A stretch of DNA of 64,000 nt from Anthoceros angustus (Eukaryota > Plantae > Anthocerotophyta): assembly GCA_010909165.1 (NCBI GenBank), contig MU008162.1:1550001-1614000 (forward strand), written 5' to 3'. Positions 12,680-24,213 of the stretch are shown one piece after another; within the stretch, counting starts at the first letter, position 1; the number at the start of each line of letters is the position of its first letter. The notes under the pieces were generated by a model. That model had not been told where the DNA came from. It worked only from the letters and a program-made list of their open reading frames with translations, and ran no database searches. The position numbers were made by a program, and so were the translations under genes.

Positions 12680-15600
12680 CTGTACAAAATCTACACAGTA
12701 TGTCACGTTAGTTATGTTCGTTGCCTGCCAGTTACGGTTATCCGCTATGATCAGTTCAAACCAGGTACATAACAGTCTCGGGTTAACGTAGGTTAACAAG
12801 AGCAAAGCACAACGGGATCCCTGCGCGACCGCAGCTCGCAATTTGTTCCCGAAGGAACTGGCAATGCATGCAAATGACCTGTGAGCAGGGATTGGAAATC
12901 TTGAAGCGGGAATCCTGATGCAAAATAACAAATGTATCCCTAACCGGAGCACAATTTCCTCCCATCCCTCCCACTCGCTGGCAAGATTGCGCGAGAAAGC
13001 GTCTCACATTCGAGTCGGATATGTTAGCTGCTAGCTAGGGAATTCACAGAGGAAAGCCTTCACACTTCAAGTCTCAAGAAGACATTCGCGAAGAAAGAAG
13101 ATGCACATCACGCACAGACGTCACACGGAGTCGTCTCACTCACCTTCCGCTAAGGAGACAGCTCCAAGAACAAGAGCAGCCACAAGGAGCAAACCGAGGC
13201 CCCTGTGCAGCGACATTGCGCCAAATTTAACCTCCCGCACCTGCATTTCGGATCACAAGGATCAATATCCTGCAAAGCGCATGGAGCTTCAAAACAACAA
13301 ATTCTCGCACTCGGAGCGGGCCAACGCAAAGTACCAATCGGATTCCGGACAAGGAACTTGTCCGCGGATGCAAAGAGGCAGGCAAGAGAGAAGACTGCTC
13401 CGTCCTCTCAATTCCTTCCTTCCTTCCTTCAGCTCCCAGCGAGTGTGAGTTTGAGATGCGCAGAGTGAGGAAAGCTGCGGGGAGGCAACCTCATTCGAGC
13501 AAAGCGGCAGTCGAAACCTCCACACGCAGCGGAAGAAGGTACTTTGCTGAGCGGAAGACCGGCCGTGCGGAATTGAAAGGGGAGGAGGGAGGAGGAGCGC
13601 CGATTCGTGGAGATCGGGAAGAGAGCCGCGCTGCGTTCCCGAGGCCAGGCGATGTCACAGCGGCGACCTCAGCGCAACGGCAAAGGCAGCGATAGCAGGA
13701 ACGGGAGGCGGAGTCGGAGTGTGTGTGTGTGAGAGCAGCGGAATTCCGCGCGGGAGACGTCTCCAACTTTTACTCCCCGCGAAAGAGTGAAACTGCTTGG
13801 GCAGTGGGACGATCAAGGTAAACGTGGTCACCAGTTGCTTGCGCGCTTGAGTTTGCCGGAATAAACCCCTCCCTTCCTGGACACGTACAAATGTCTTCCA
13901 GTCCGCCGTTGGTCGGCACGAGAGAAGAAGCAGGCGAACGCCGGGGTGGGAGGAACCGTTAGGTCCAGTTCCCGACATAACAGATCTGCTGCTGCTCGAC
14001 CGCACCGCCGATGTCACATGCGCGATCATGGTCTCGGGCGGAGCGCACTGCACAGTGATGCGGGGAGGCCCGAGAGATGGAGTCCCCGACTCCCAGTGCG
14101 GCGGTCTGGCTGCTGTGCGGTGCAGCCCTAGGGTCCGCTGCGGCCATCGAAGGCACGACTGTCCATCACGTGGACATGGGCAAACATGGCAAACAAAGCA
14201 GCATTTGGGAACTGAGCCCGCCGCATCTATGATTCCGTCCACACTGGGCTTACGTTGCTCGCTCAGGCCTCTCAAATGCCAATGCGCTTCAATCAGGTCT
14301 TCGTGTTTGTAGGTTCCTACAATACGCCGATAACCTGGTTGTGCGGGCTCTGCCTGGCACGACCTTGCAAGCCGAGCTGCAGGCAGGGCACGGCGCGCAA
14401 CAAGGGCCTTTTGGAGGGCTATCTTGACCCCCTTCCTGCCTTCCTGTCGCCCGCACATCGATAGCTCCCACTTTCTCCGCTTCAGAATCTCACCTCCAGA
14501 CCTATCGTATGTATTTTTTTTTTCGTACTTACTGTTTTATATATTTTATCATTTTTGTCCCATGGCCCTGACCACGATCCAAGCGCCCACTACGGGTGCT
14601 AAGTGCTAACCCGAATTCGAATTCCATTCTAGGCTTGATTTTGTTGAAACGTGGGGACTCGAGACCATTGATTGTTGAAACATAAGGTCGGGAGACCTTT
14701 TTGCCATTCACCTTTACTGGACCTATGTATTGATAAATAAACTTTTTATGTACTTATTTAATATAATTATTTAATAATATTAATTAATATAATTATTTAA
14801 TTTTATATTATATATTAGGGGAATTTGAAGCCACCGAATACTTGGCCTAAGATTGAAATTGGGTACTTGACATTTAACATTCCATGTTCATATGATATCC
14901 CTCATACCCTCTACATACAAATGAAGAACCGCATGATATGACTTGGAGAACAAAAATTGTATAACATAAAATTAGGGCTCCAAGATGGGAAGAGCGCATA
15001 CTAGCAGCCTGCCTAATTTCATAGGCGACCCTCTAATTTATTTATCCATCTTTTACCTACAAATGATGACATGCTCTTTCTTCGCACAAGCACAAGGCAG
15101 CATTAGTTTCCTTGGGGTATTCATGTATCTTGTCGATTCTGGTATCCTTCATTCCATATGCATGTACTTTGAGAGCATGAAAAAAGATTGAAAACTAAAA
15201 ACTCCTTCCTTTAATTTGTAGTGAATGCTGCGCAGCTGTCTTCATCCTGTATTGTTTTGGATAATAGATGGTATGTATTTCTATCATATAAAATTAAAGA
15301 TGGGTATTGTTAGGGCCAGGTTTCTTTAGGTTTCATGTGACAGTCTCCCCCATGCATTTGGCTAGGATTTCTATACCATTTGGCCGAACCGCAATGTTGG
15401 GATTCTGAAGCCCTTAGAGGGTCCTTGGCCGAGCTGAAATGCTGGCATTCTGAAGCCCTTAGAGGGGTCCGAGGCTCCACCCGCGGGAAAGGTCCGAGGT
15501 GCCACCGTCGGGGTTGGAAATTGCAATTTGCTGCTGCTGCTTCTCACAGATCATCGGCTGAAAGGAAGGAGGCAGAATTTCTGGGGGATTCTGCTGTTCC

Positions 15601-15824
15601 AGTACAGCAGCGGCTCGTCTTCTTCAAATCTCAAATCTTGCTCTTCAAGTTTACTCTGCCTCCGTTGCTACCCTGAAGATTGTGCACGATGCCGGTTCTG
15701 GATTTCAAGAAGAGGGTGCAGGGGTTTTGGGAGAGGGAGGAGGAGCCGCACCTCCTGCTCCACGTTCTGGAGGGGAGACTGTGCGGCAGCAGGTTGGCAG
15801 GCCGAGGCGGATCCGGAGGTGGAG

Positions 15825-16870
15825 ATGGAGGTGGAAATTTGGCAGAAGCTGCCGGCAGGGATGGTGGAGAGAGTGCTTGCGATGTTGCCATCCGCGGCCT
15901 TGTTCCGGTTCAGGGCCGTTTGCAAATCATGGCTGGCCTTGCTGTCGTCTTCCGAGTTCTTGCGCCTGAGCGCCTCCTGTGAGCGTCCTGCTGCACCCCT
16001 GGTGTGCGCGTTGGAGTACAGGCCGGGGAGGTTAGGGGAGTAGCTGCAGCAGCAACACGCTGCCAAGCCTGTCTTGCCGCTCAATTCCGGATTCAAGGTG
16101 TGCAAGGTGGGCCTCACGTTCCTCCCGCCCCGGTCAGAGTGTGTGACACCAGCAGATCCAGGCTGGGGAGGGCAGGAGAGTCGTTCTGTGTGTTCAATCC
16201 CATGACCAGGGCGTAGAAGGCGCTGCCGCTGCTGGACATGCAGTATCTGCGGTACCAGCTGATGAAGGTGCAGGCGGAGAGGAATGGTATCGGCGGGTTC
16301 AAGGTGATCGTTGTGTGCGGGAGCCACTACTGGGGGACCATGTTGCTGCCTTGGACTGTTGCAGTCTACTCCACAGGGTCTCATGCCGTGGGCGTGTGTG
16401 TCCAACGTGGGCCAGGTGAATAACAGCGACAACCCCGACCACGATCCCAACTCGCCTGTCTCATTCGGGGTTTGGAAGGTGGATCAGGATACAAGGGCGT
16501 GGGAGCTTGTGTCTGAGATGCCTGCGGCCCTTCAGTGGGAACTGAGGAATCCTTTGTTTGTGAAAGGTAATGGTGGTTCTGGACAGGCAGCCAAGCTTTC
16601 ATTTGGTGGTGCTCGTGTGTCAGGTGGCTGCATCTTCCTCGTCATCCACAAGGTCCTGTAGCGTATGCCGTCGCTGCTCTCCCGCCTGGGCCTGTTATCT
16701 CCGAAGCGTGATTTCATACAGGATGACATGGAGGCTATCTTCTTCTCGGATGTCGTTTCCTTCCACCTGCTCAGATAAACGTGGCAGGTTTGCTTCAAGA
16801 ACATCGCCAGATGGATCACTGGTGACCCTGGGTGTGCTCCACCTAAGGCTCAACGGTTACTGCTGATGGT
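15825..16870 (+). pseudogene. F-box (kelch/FBA-type) pseudogene
   Basis: F-box motif IWQKLPAGMVERVLAMLPSAALFRFRAVCKSW. In-frame TAG at 16041-16043, a frameshift, then FCVFNPMTRA* with TAG at 16214-16216, and further frame changes. Confidence 0.75.
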
Positions 16871-17124
16871 CTGAAGAGGCTGTATCTGTCCTGCCCAAGG
16901 TGCTCCGTGTGATGACTTGCCCAAGTGTACGTACTTGGAAAAGTCGGTTGCCCATTTATGTCGGATGGGTGGTGATTCCCAGGTAACATATTCATTGGGA
17001 TCTGGAACTTGTCGTCGCCTCATTCGTTCTTGGATTCTGAGTCAGAATGATGTTATACAACTTTGGGGAAGCGTGTGTAGTAGTGGAAACGTGGGTGGAG
17101 TCAATCAAACTCGACAAGGTTGTC

Positions 17125-18846
17125 TCAGAGCCTAGTGTTCCGGTGATTCGGTAGGGATGAGGGTACTGGAGCCAGGGCTGCAATACAGTATCCCCTCTCG
17201 TAGTTGATCTCCGGAGCACAGACAGGGATCTCATCTGCGAAAGCAGCAAGTTCCAGCTGACCACCATGTTTGTTATCCAGGTCCTGGCAAGTATCAGTAA
17301 GCACCCTGGATGGTAAAGTAAGGTTCTGGGCACGCATTGCCTGCAAGATCCAGTCAGTGCGGATGACAGCAAACACCGCCATGCAAGCACAAGTGGCGAC
17401 TGCAGCCAGCAGCCCAATCCAGAGGCCCACCAGTCCGAGCTTGAACCAGAATGCCAGGCAGACTCCCAGAGGTATGCCCACCAGATAGAAGGCTCCTCCA
17501 TTCAAGTAAGCACCCATGGATGGCCTGGCACTGCCCCTCAACACACCGCAGCAGACAGTTTGAGGGAAATTGCCCAGCTCCATGAGGCCCATGATGGGAA
17601 GAATCTTGGCCACTCCCAAGAGGATCTCCTGGTCAGAAGTGAAGAGTTTGCCCCAGGATGACCGAGCGCATATGAGAGCGAAGGAGCCCAGGCACGCCAT
17701 CCCCATGCTCAAGCCCAAGGTAGCAACCGAAGCATGGTAAGCTCCCAGAGGTCTGTTTGCACCCAGTTCATTCCCCACACGGGTGCAGACGCAGGAGGCG
17801 AGGGAGATTTGCATGGCGTACAGGAGGGTGTCCCCGTTGAGGACAATTGTCATGGTGGAGATGGCCTCCCTGGAATTAGGCAGGAAGCCTGTGAGCAGGG
17901 TCATGATCTCATAGCACCACCACTCCAGGCAGGTCATCAAGCAGGAGGGGACTGCCAGGGCCAGCAATGGGGTCCAGTCCATGAAGCTGGCTCTTGTCCA
18001 GGGCGTCCACGAGATCCTGTCGACGCCGGACCTCCTAATGTAGATCACGAACATGAGGATCATGATGAAATCTGTGAAGCAGGCGGCCAGGGCTGTGCCC
18101 GGGCCTCCCAGCTTCAAAGGGCCGTACACCAGGAAGTAGTTCACAGGGATGTGGAAAGCCATAGCCACTCCTGTGACCACCATCATAGGCTTGGTGATGC
18201 ACTGGGAGCGCAGGTAGATCCTCAAAGGAGCCAGCACAGATGTGGCCACCAGGTCAGGAAGCAAGTACTTGAGATACGTCTTGGCAACAGCGGCCACAGC
18301 AGCGTCCTGGCCCACAAACAGCAGCACTCTCTCGATGTTGAGCCACGCAGCTGTGACCGGCACGCAGGTGAGGAGCAGGATGAGAATTCCCCGCTGCAGC
18401 GTCAGCCCCATGAGCTTGTAGTGCCGGGCTCCGTACGCCTGGCTGCAGATGGGCTCCATCCCCCCCGACAGGCCTGTGAGCAGGGAGAAGCCTGTGACGT
18501 TGGCGTAGGTCAGGGCCAGGGTCCCGCCCGCAAGCTGCAGCCCCCCCAGATGGCCCAGGAAGATGGTGGAAACGATGGAGCGCGCGAAGTACATGAGATT
18601 CATGGCCGCTATGGACGCCCCGATCCGGCCCTGCCGCTCCAGTTCTAGCACGATTTGCTGAAGGGACGGCCATTTCTTGAGCGCCCCCTGGATTTCCTCC
18701 GCCGGGCCCTCCTCCTTTTGGGAAGAATCCTTGAAGCTCAGCAACCTGGCCCCCTCCTCGCACCCGCTCTCGCTCTCGCTCCCCTCGTGGCCGTCGCTGA
18801 TTTCCGAAGCCGCCCACATCATTTGCGGACAACATGGTTCACACAC
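17125..18846 (-). CDS. MATE/DTX transporter, intronless DTX48-56 clade
   Basis: 573-codon ORF with KKWPS, GMEPICSQAYGA, LRIYLRSQ, CLEWWCYEI, RVGNELGAN and GVLRGSARP motifs. The true start is uncertain (GTG at 18846 or a downstream ATG). Confidence 0.95.
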   Translation of the reverse strand: MCEPCCPQMMWAASEISDGHEGSESESGCEEGARLLSFKDSSQKEEGPAEEIQGALKKWPSLQQIVLELERQGRIGASIAAMNLMYFARSIVSTIFLGHLGGLQLAGGTLALTYANVTGFSLLTGLSGGMEPICSQAYGARHYKLMGLTLQRGILILLLTCVPVTAAWLNIERVLLFVGQDAAVAAVAKTYLKYLLPDLVATSVLAPLRIYLRSQCITKPMMVVTGVAMAFHIPVNYFLVYGPLKLGGPGTALAACFTDFIMILMFVIYIRRSGVDRISWTPWTRASFMDWTPLLALAVPSCLMTCLEWWCYEIMTLLTGFLPNSREAISTMTIVLNGDTLLYAMQISLASCVCTRVGNELGANRPLGAYHASVATLGLSMGMACLGSFALICARSSWGKLFTSDQEILLGVAKILPIMGLMELGNFPQTVCCGVLRGSARPSMGAYLNGGAFYLVGIPLGVCLAFWFKLGLVGLWIGLLAAVATCACMAVFAVIRTDWILQAMRAQNLTLPSRVLTDTCQDLDNKHGGQLELAAFADEIPVCAPEINYERGYCIAALAPVPSSLPNHRNTRL

Positions 18847-19755
18847 CTAACCATCACCCTGCCTCCACCGCAAGTGCCAATGCTGCCTCCCTCTCCATCT
18901 CCTTCCCACAGTTCTGTTCCCTCCGCGTCTTGGACGCTGCTGGCCAATCCCGACTCCAGTCCGCACTGAATGTTCTCCACAAAAGCTTGCACGCCATCGC
19001 CCGCCTCGCCCGCCTCGCCCCTCCACCAGGTAGATTCCGCACGTCGTTGCAACAGGGAAGGCGAGGGTCGGTTGAAGAGTCACACTCTCGTGAACACACT
19101 GTGTGGTCAGATTAACCACCTCCTCTGGTTAAGCTGAACCCTCGTCTGGTGTCGAACTCCATGGCCTGGCAGGCTCGTGCTCGTGCATGGCAGCAAGCAA
19201 GCTGTCCAGATCTTGCTCCAGCAACGCACGGGAATCAGCAAAGTCGTGTAAACCGTGGGCTGCAATCCCTGCATCCTGCCAGATGCACAAGTTCTGAACG
19301 CAAGCTCTTCATCAGGTTCTTGGAAATGTGCATAAGCTCGGATTTGCTTTCGCAGTTGGGATTTGCACATCATGTTGCCTTGCAAGTAACACGTTCTTGT
19401 GCAGGGGAGCGTGAAGCGGGAGTAAACCGGCCATGCCGGGGCGTCGGACATTTCCAGGAAACGGACGGCTTGGCGAGAGTCGCTGTCGGGTCCCAGATCG
19501 ATGCCGGCTTTGTGTCGTAGCCTCACGTGCGGGCCATGGCTCCCACCCGCTGCGATTGATGGGCGTTCTGGGTCCTGTCTGCTGACTGTCAGCGGTTGAG
19601 GCGCCGAGGCCGCTTTGCCGCTTTGCTTCTGGCTGTGTCAGGGCGTGGCGGGTGCAAATTGAATTGGGCTGTCATCCCGGGGTTAGATTACAGGACTCGG
19701 ATCGGGGGCGGGGGCTGCTGGTTTCTGGTGGGCGGGGCGGAGAAAGGAAGCAGAG

Positions 19756-21470
19756 ATGGAGGAGGTGGAGGTGGAGGTGGTGAGGAAGATGGAGTCCAGG
19801 GCGCCTGGGAAGGTGATCCTGGTGGGAGAGCATGCCGTGGTGCACGGCGGGGCAGCAGTGGCGGCCTCCCTCGGCCTCTACACCAATGCCTGCATTCTGG
19901 TGCACGCCCGCGACACCGGTGTGCCTCATCCCCAGCTCCTACTTCGCCTTCGTGGGTTCCGCTTGTTGCTGTGAAAAATGTGGTGGGTGGGTGTGGCGGC
20001 GTAGGGTTTTGAGGCAGAGGATGCTTGTGCTGTCCTAGGCAAGGAGGAGTTCTTGGCACTCAACTTGCCGCAGCTGGAGGTGCATATGAGGTGGCCTGTG
20101 GGAAGGATCAGGACTGCCTTCGACTGGCCTGCTCTGGACGATGTTGAGGAAGCCACTGTTCGCCCCTGCTCGAACGATTTGTACAAGCAGCTTGAGAGCT
20201 TTGTGGGGTCGCTGCTGACGCCGGGATTGCATGGTGGAGCTGCTGCTGGTATCATGGCATTCTTGTACCTATATGCTTCGATATTTGGGTAACATCCTGT
20301 TTCTCCACCGATGATCTTGGTGTAGCTTTTGGCCGCTGTCCTTTTCCAGCATGTTCGTCTGATTGTTCGCGTTTCCCTTGGCTAACAGGTTTGACGCGTC
20401 AGGTTGCAGCCGTCCACTGTCACTGTCACTTCTGAACTTCCCGTAGGCGCTGGGCTCGGTTCGTCAGCTGCCTTCTGCGTCTCCTTGTCAGCGGCTCTGC
20501 TAGCGTTGGCTGGGAGATTGAAGTGTTCTCCTTTTGGGAAGTGGCTGGACGTGGATGAGAACTGCCTGAAACTGGTCAATGAGTGGGCGTTTGAAGGGGA
20601 GAAGATCATACACGGCAGGCCTTCTGGTATCGACAATACTGTCAGCACATATGGTAAGCTATGGTGGGGCATCCCGGCTCGCCCTCTTCACCTTCGCCCT
20701 CTGCAGCAGGTTTTGGCTGTACCGGTTCTTGATCAGCAACTTCTTCTTGTTTCAGGCTCCATTGTCAAATTCAAGCAGGCAAAGATCACCCGCCTCCGAA
20801 ATGCAATGCCGCTCAGGATGCTCCTCACCAATACCAGAGTCAGCCGGAACACCAAAGCACTTGTGGCTGGTGTTGGTGACAGGGCAAAGAAGTATCCCCA
20901 AGCGATGGCAGCTATCTTCAGTGCTATCGATGCCATTGGAGAAACAGCTGTTTCCATTCTGCAGGCGGGTGAGGAAATGGAGGACGGTGAGCAGACATTT
21001 GAAATAGATGGACATAGTGAGCATGTGGCAGACTCACAAGGCTGTAAAAGCGAGGCAGAAATGCAGTTGGAAGAGCTCGTGGAAATGAATCAAGGCCTGT
21101 TGCATAGCATGGGTGTCAGTCATGTCACGATTGAACGAATCTGCCAAATCACATCCAAATTTGGCCTCCACTCCAAGCTCACTGGCGCGGGAGGGGGTGG
21201 GTGTGTCCTCACGCTCTTGCCTTGGGGTATCCTCCACTGTCCTCTTTCAGATTTCCTTTGGCATACCAGTTGCTGTCCCTATTTGCTTGTTGCATTCTGC
21301 TACCGTTTTCTTTGCCTATGCCTTGACACCAGCTCGCAGACACATCAGCCTCGCTTGTTGCCAAAGTCAAGTCGCATCTCGAAGAGGCTGGGTTTGATTG
21401 CTTTGAAGCCGCCGTAGGAGGCATGGGTGTACAGGTTGCCGGGGAGATTCTTGTAAGCTCAAGAAGGTGA
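19756..21470 (+). CDS. MVK: Mevalonate kinase (multi-exon)
   Basis: RAPGKVILVGEHAVVHG, GHMP motif ELPVGAGLGSSAA, HGRPSGIDNTVSTYG, KLTGAGGGGC. Last exon ends EILVSSRR* at 21470. Confidence 0.93.
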
Positions 21471-22223
21471 CCGAGGTTCTTGTTAAGGGAGATGCTCTGT
21501 TCTTGCCCTGGAGACTTTCTCAGCAGGGTCAAGCTCGTGTTCCGTTATTGAACAATTGCATTCGACTCAAAAGTATGGTTCTTGAGGTGCAGCTACCAAG
21601 GCGATCGACCAATACTTAGCCCCGTCCGAAGAAGGCTCTGCAATATGAAAACGGACCACAAATAACACACATCAAAGCCCCAATTCGGGGCCATGTTCAG
21701 GCTCAGCAATTCAAGGCCCCTCACCCCCAAGTCATTAACGCCCTAATCCATGAAACTTACGGAAGGTATACTATAGGTCGTTCGCAGTTCGAGCTGTTCC
21801 GCTTTACACCCTAGATAAAAACTCTGACATTCGAAAGACAACAGAAGGACTTCACAAACTGTGCTCTGTTTGGACGAGAGCCCTTGTTGAACACAACGGA
21901 AAAGGCAAACTCACAAGTATAATTTGTGGCTCTACGCGAGAATAGTTTGAGGCTCTGCGCCCGCGACGGCAACGCAGCCACCATTGCCAGCTGCAGCCTT
22001 GGGTAAGACCCACAGAATTGATCCCAGAAAAGGACGTTGGCCGCCCCAGTGATGTGATAAATTCTCAGACGTTCAACGATAAATTCCAAGTTTGTATGGC
22101 CCTGCAGGCCTGACGGTCTGCAAGTCTCCCGATCAACAACATCCACTTCTGTCCGAGAATTCCACAAAGATCGCACAGTAGTGCTGAAGAATCGCTTGCG
22201 CTTGAGCCATAGCTGCACTATCC

Positions 22224-22913
22224 CTAAAACCGTAACTTGGAAAAAAACCACCGGTTCTTGCCAGTCTTAAACCTCTCCTCAAAAACTGCCTTGGTCTCCT
22301 GAGAAAATCCCATTCCAGCCAGAGATGAGTCCACAAACTGTATTTCGACAATACTCTCCACAGCTGCTAAGCAGATTAACACGACAGGACAAATAAGCCC
22401 ATACCTTGCGGGCCTCTACTCGCTTGGTCTTCGTCTCCAGTTTCTCAGGTACAACAATGTTCTTCAGGTCCACGTCCAGAGTGTACCTGCCGCGAGGAAG
22501 AAGAAACAGAATCCGTAAATGAACCTGCTAGGCAACGCTCCTAACACGAGGACGCACCGCACAAGGCAGGAGCAGATGCAGCACCTGGTCGGCATGATGT
22601 GGTTGTAGTTCACCACCTTGATAAACGCTTTCAACCTAGAGCGCTTGGCGATCGTCTTCGCAGACGCCTTCTTGATCACCTGTGCGTCAGAGGTACCGGT
22701 TAGCCTTTCATACATACTCCGGCACCCTGCAAGGCACAGTGATCGTCAGCTGCGCACCTTCCTCGGGTACTTTGCGATGCCCGCAACCAAGGCATGCCCG
22801 TAGCGTCGCTGTTGCGTGCCCTCATCGAAATTCTTGACGATCACGGCCTTGCGGCCGGCGTACCGTCCTTGCAGAAGCACAACCACCTTGTTCTGCTTCA
22901 GAAACTTCACCAT
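22224..22913 (-). CDS. RPL27: 60S ribosomal protein L27 (3 exons)
   Basis: [30 protein letters not shown]...[16 protein letters not shown] | [12 protein letters not shown]...RK | [24 protein letters not shown]. Confidence 0.97.
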
Positions 22914-22992
22914 GGCTGCCGATCGCCGGAGAACGTGCCTCTAACGCTCAAGCTCTTCAAAGAAGGGACTCCATCGAGACTGAGGGCTTTAT

Positions 22993-23014
22993 AGCCCAAA
23001 GCCCTAACCCTAAA
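22993..23014 (-). promoter_or_regulatory. Site II (TGGGCY) plus telo-box-like element upstream of RPL27
   Basis: agcccaaagccctaaccctaaaa ~80-100 bp upstream of the ATG. This pairing is typical of plant ribosomal-protein promoters. Confidence 0.5.
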
Positions 23015-23288
23015 AACATACTGTTCAGTAAGAACAATAGGTTGAGGGGATTTTTATTGAACAATATAATATTACGTTCTGAATCATTCTCATGTTGTTC
23101 GATAGGAAAACAATCATCAGTTGATCTTGATAAAATTTTAATTTATACATGCTTAGATTGATGTCGCAGACTCAATTCAATCTGGATGTGGTATGGTTGG
23201 CAATTGCTAATTATATTTTTATAAAATTATAATACTAAAAATATATTGATTTATTTCTCATAAAATAAATTCATTTTTAGAAATGAAT

Positions 23289-24213
23289 TTAGTTACATGG
23301 AAAAGTTACATTGGTAGCTGAAATATGAATCACCTGTTTTGCCTCATACCGGAATGTCACTAGGCTGTCATGCGGAAGTTCATGCCCATTAATTACAAGA
23401 CAATCATCTCCAACCCTCTTCAACGTATCACTACCATGGAAACTGAGTCCTATACATGATATGTGTATATTGAAAGGTTCACATGACCGAGCCGAAGTGA
23501 ATTGAGATGTATCACAATCATTTCTGATAAATACTTCAAACTCTATGAGTTCATTTGCTGCGCCAATTTCCGTTTGCTCCACCACAATTGAATGGAGCCC
23601 ACAAGTAATCTTCGGTGGGTTGCAAGGATAGTCGACACCCAATATTTTGAAGTCATAGGGCTCATCTCTATTGTAAACAATCCGAGCAGCTGCTTCAGAC
23701 GCCAATGGTCCAGTTGAACGACATTGTTTCTCATTTGGGATATGTTCCCAAAATCTCACTTTGTTCAAGACCCCTGCAAGGTCCTCTGGAAAAGAGATTT
23801 TGATATCATAAGCCTCGCAACCTTCATAATTATTTGCACATTTGTTGATAAAATATGCTTGAAACTCCTTGTTGGGACCCTCATCGAAAGGGATTGTAGG
23901 GAATTGATGCAGGTGTATCATATCTGTGTCACACCATGGGTATCCTGCACCATGATGAAACACATATTAGAAAAAAATATCATTAACACCATGGTTATGG
24001 CAAGCACAACTTGCTAGAAGACCAGGAAAAATTCATCATTGACAATGCATACGGGATTAAAAATCTGAATATCACAAAGAGGCTATAATAGATGGAAAAA
24101 ACTAATGTACCTGTGAAATTGAAGCCATTGGCAAAGATGGAACCGGTAAGAGTAAATCCAAATAAAATAAATAAACTTACAACCCACTTGATTATCTTAT
24201 GAACCATCTCCAT
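23289..24213 (-). CDS. Secreted Cys-rich protein with two TPD1-like domains (2 exons)
   Basis: Exon 1 encodes a signal peptide (MEMVHKIIKWVVSLFILFGFTLTGSIFANG); a phase-1 intron spans ~24110-23946. The C-terminal domain C..SIVVEQT..EFEVFIRNDC..NIHISC..CLVINGHEL..FRY..C fits TPD1. The N-terminal domain is a diverged copy. Confidence 0.75.

Noticed and set aside
13000-14600. GC-rich stretch with many short ORFs and an 8-bp hairpin (~13346-13364)
   Set aside because: No coherent protein or RNA family is recognisable; probably leader/promoter of the beta-helix gene. The hairpin lacks a Helitron CTRR end.
17734-18835. 304-aa and 193-aa ORFs overlapping the MATE gene
   Set aside because: GC-rich alternative-frame artefacts.
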